Position numbers and translations under genes: made by a program
IMG/VR virus record: IMGVR_UViG_3300033141_000787
Location: 1-56,193 of that record
Source: a virus
Taxonomy: Duplodnaviria > Caudoviricetes
Length of the DNA: 56,193 bases
Reading direction: 5' to 3' (one strand)
In this document: one piece after another, positions 55,981 through 56,193 of the stretch
How positions within the stretch are numbered: position 1 is the first letter of the stretch
How the letters are laid out: every line of letters starts with the position of its first letter
The notes under the pieces: model-generated
Told to the model about the DNA's origin: nothing
Seen by the model: only the letters and a program-made list of their open reading frames with translations
Database searches by the model: none

Positions 55981-56193
55981 ATGGCTACATGGACTAAAGA
56001 TAACATAGTAATACCTGTTGTATCAACTACAATTCCTTCCTACGTGAAAGTTGTAAGGGAGGATTTAACATATCCTGCTGATGCAGTATCATGTACTCAG
56101 ACCACTAAATCTGTAAGTAGGTGGATTCCTGATACAGACTTGGATACAGAGTATGAATACGTTGTATACGTTGATGATATTGAGGTAGGACGT
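55981..56193 (+). CDS. N-terminus of the tail fibre gene (continues into 1-4359)
   Basis: AGGAG RBS; MATWTKDNIVIP... in frame with the first ORF. Confidence 0.85.
   Translation, partial: MATWTKDNIVIPVVSTTIPSYVKVVREDLTYPADAVSCTQTTKSVSRWIPDTDLDTEYEYVVYVDDIEVGR
56080..56193. repeat. Terminal direct repeat, copy 2
   Basis: Identical to 1-114. Confidence 0.97.

Noticed and set aside
1-56193. Lysogeny module, reverse transcriptase/DGR, introns, inteins
   Set aside because: No corresponding motifs, and no interruptions in the polymerase, terminase or helicase.

Overview
The window is an apparently complete, circularly assembled genome (about 56,079 bp plus a 114-bp terminal overlap) of a tailed dsDNA bacteriophage with podovirus-like architecture. 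No integrase or repressor is recognisable, so it is probably lytic. A T4-type lysozyme and sigma70/sigma54 promoters point to a bacterial host. There are two arms. The + strand morphogenesis arm runs from 43.6 kb through the end and on to 16.5 kb: terminase, portal, scaffold, major capsid, adaptors, a multidomain tail fibre, holin-like genes, nozzle and internal virion proteins. The - strand early/replication arm runs from 43.1 to 16.5 kb: many small early ORFs, a beta-clamp-like protein, a D5/P4-type SF3 helicase, a metallophosphoesterase, an iteron-like origin, a PD-(D/E)XK nuclease, an AAA ATPase, an ERCC4 nuclease, a UDG-fused family A DNA polymerase and the lysozyme. The most unusual region is a 31-34.4 kb accessory island in which single small genes are separated by structured elements: integron attC-like sites in inverted orientation with no integron integrase in the genome, a family of tRNA-like elements sharing one acceptor-like stem, and a hairpin element with a collapsed copy. 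The early arm starts at a consensus sigma54 promoter with IHF-like and enhancer-like sites, followed by a dense CCGG cluster. All calls come from reading motifs by eye; no searches were run.
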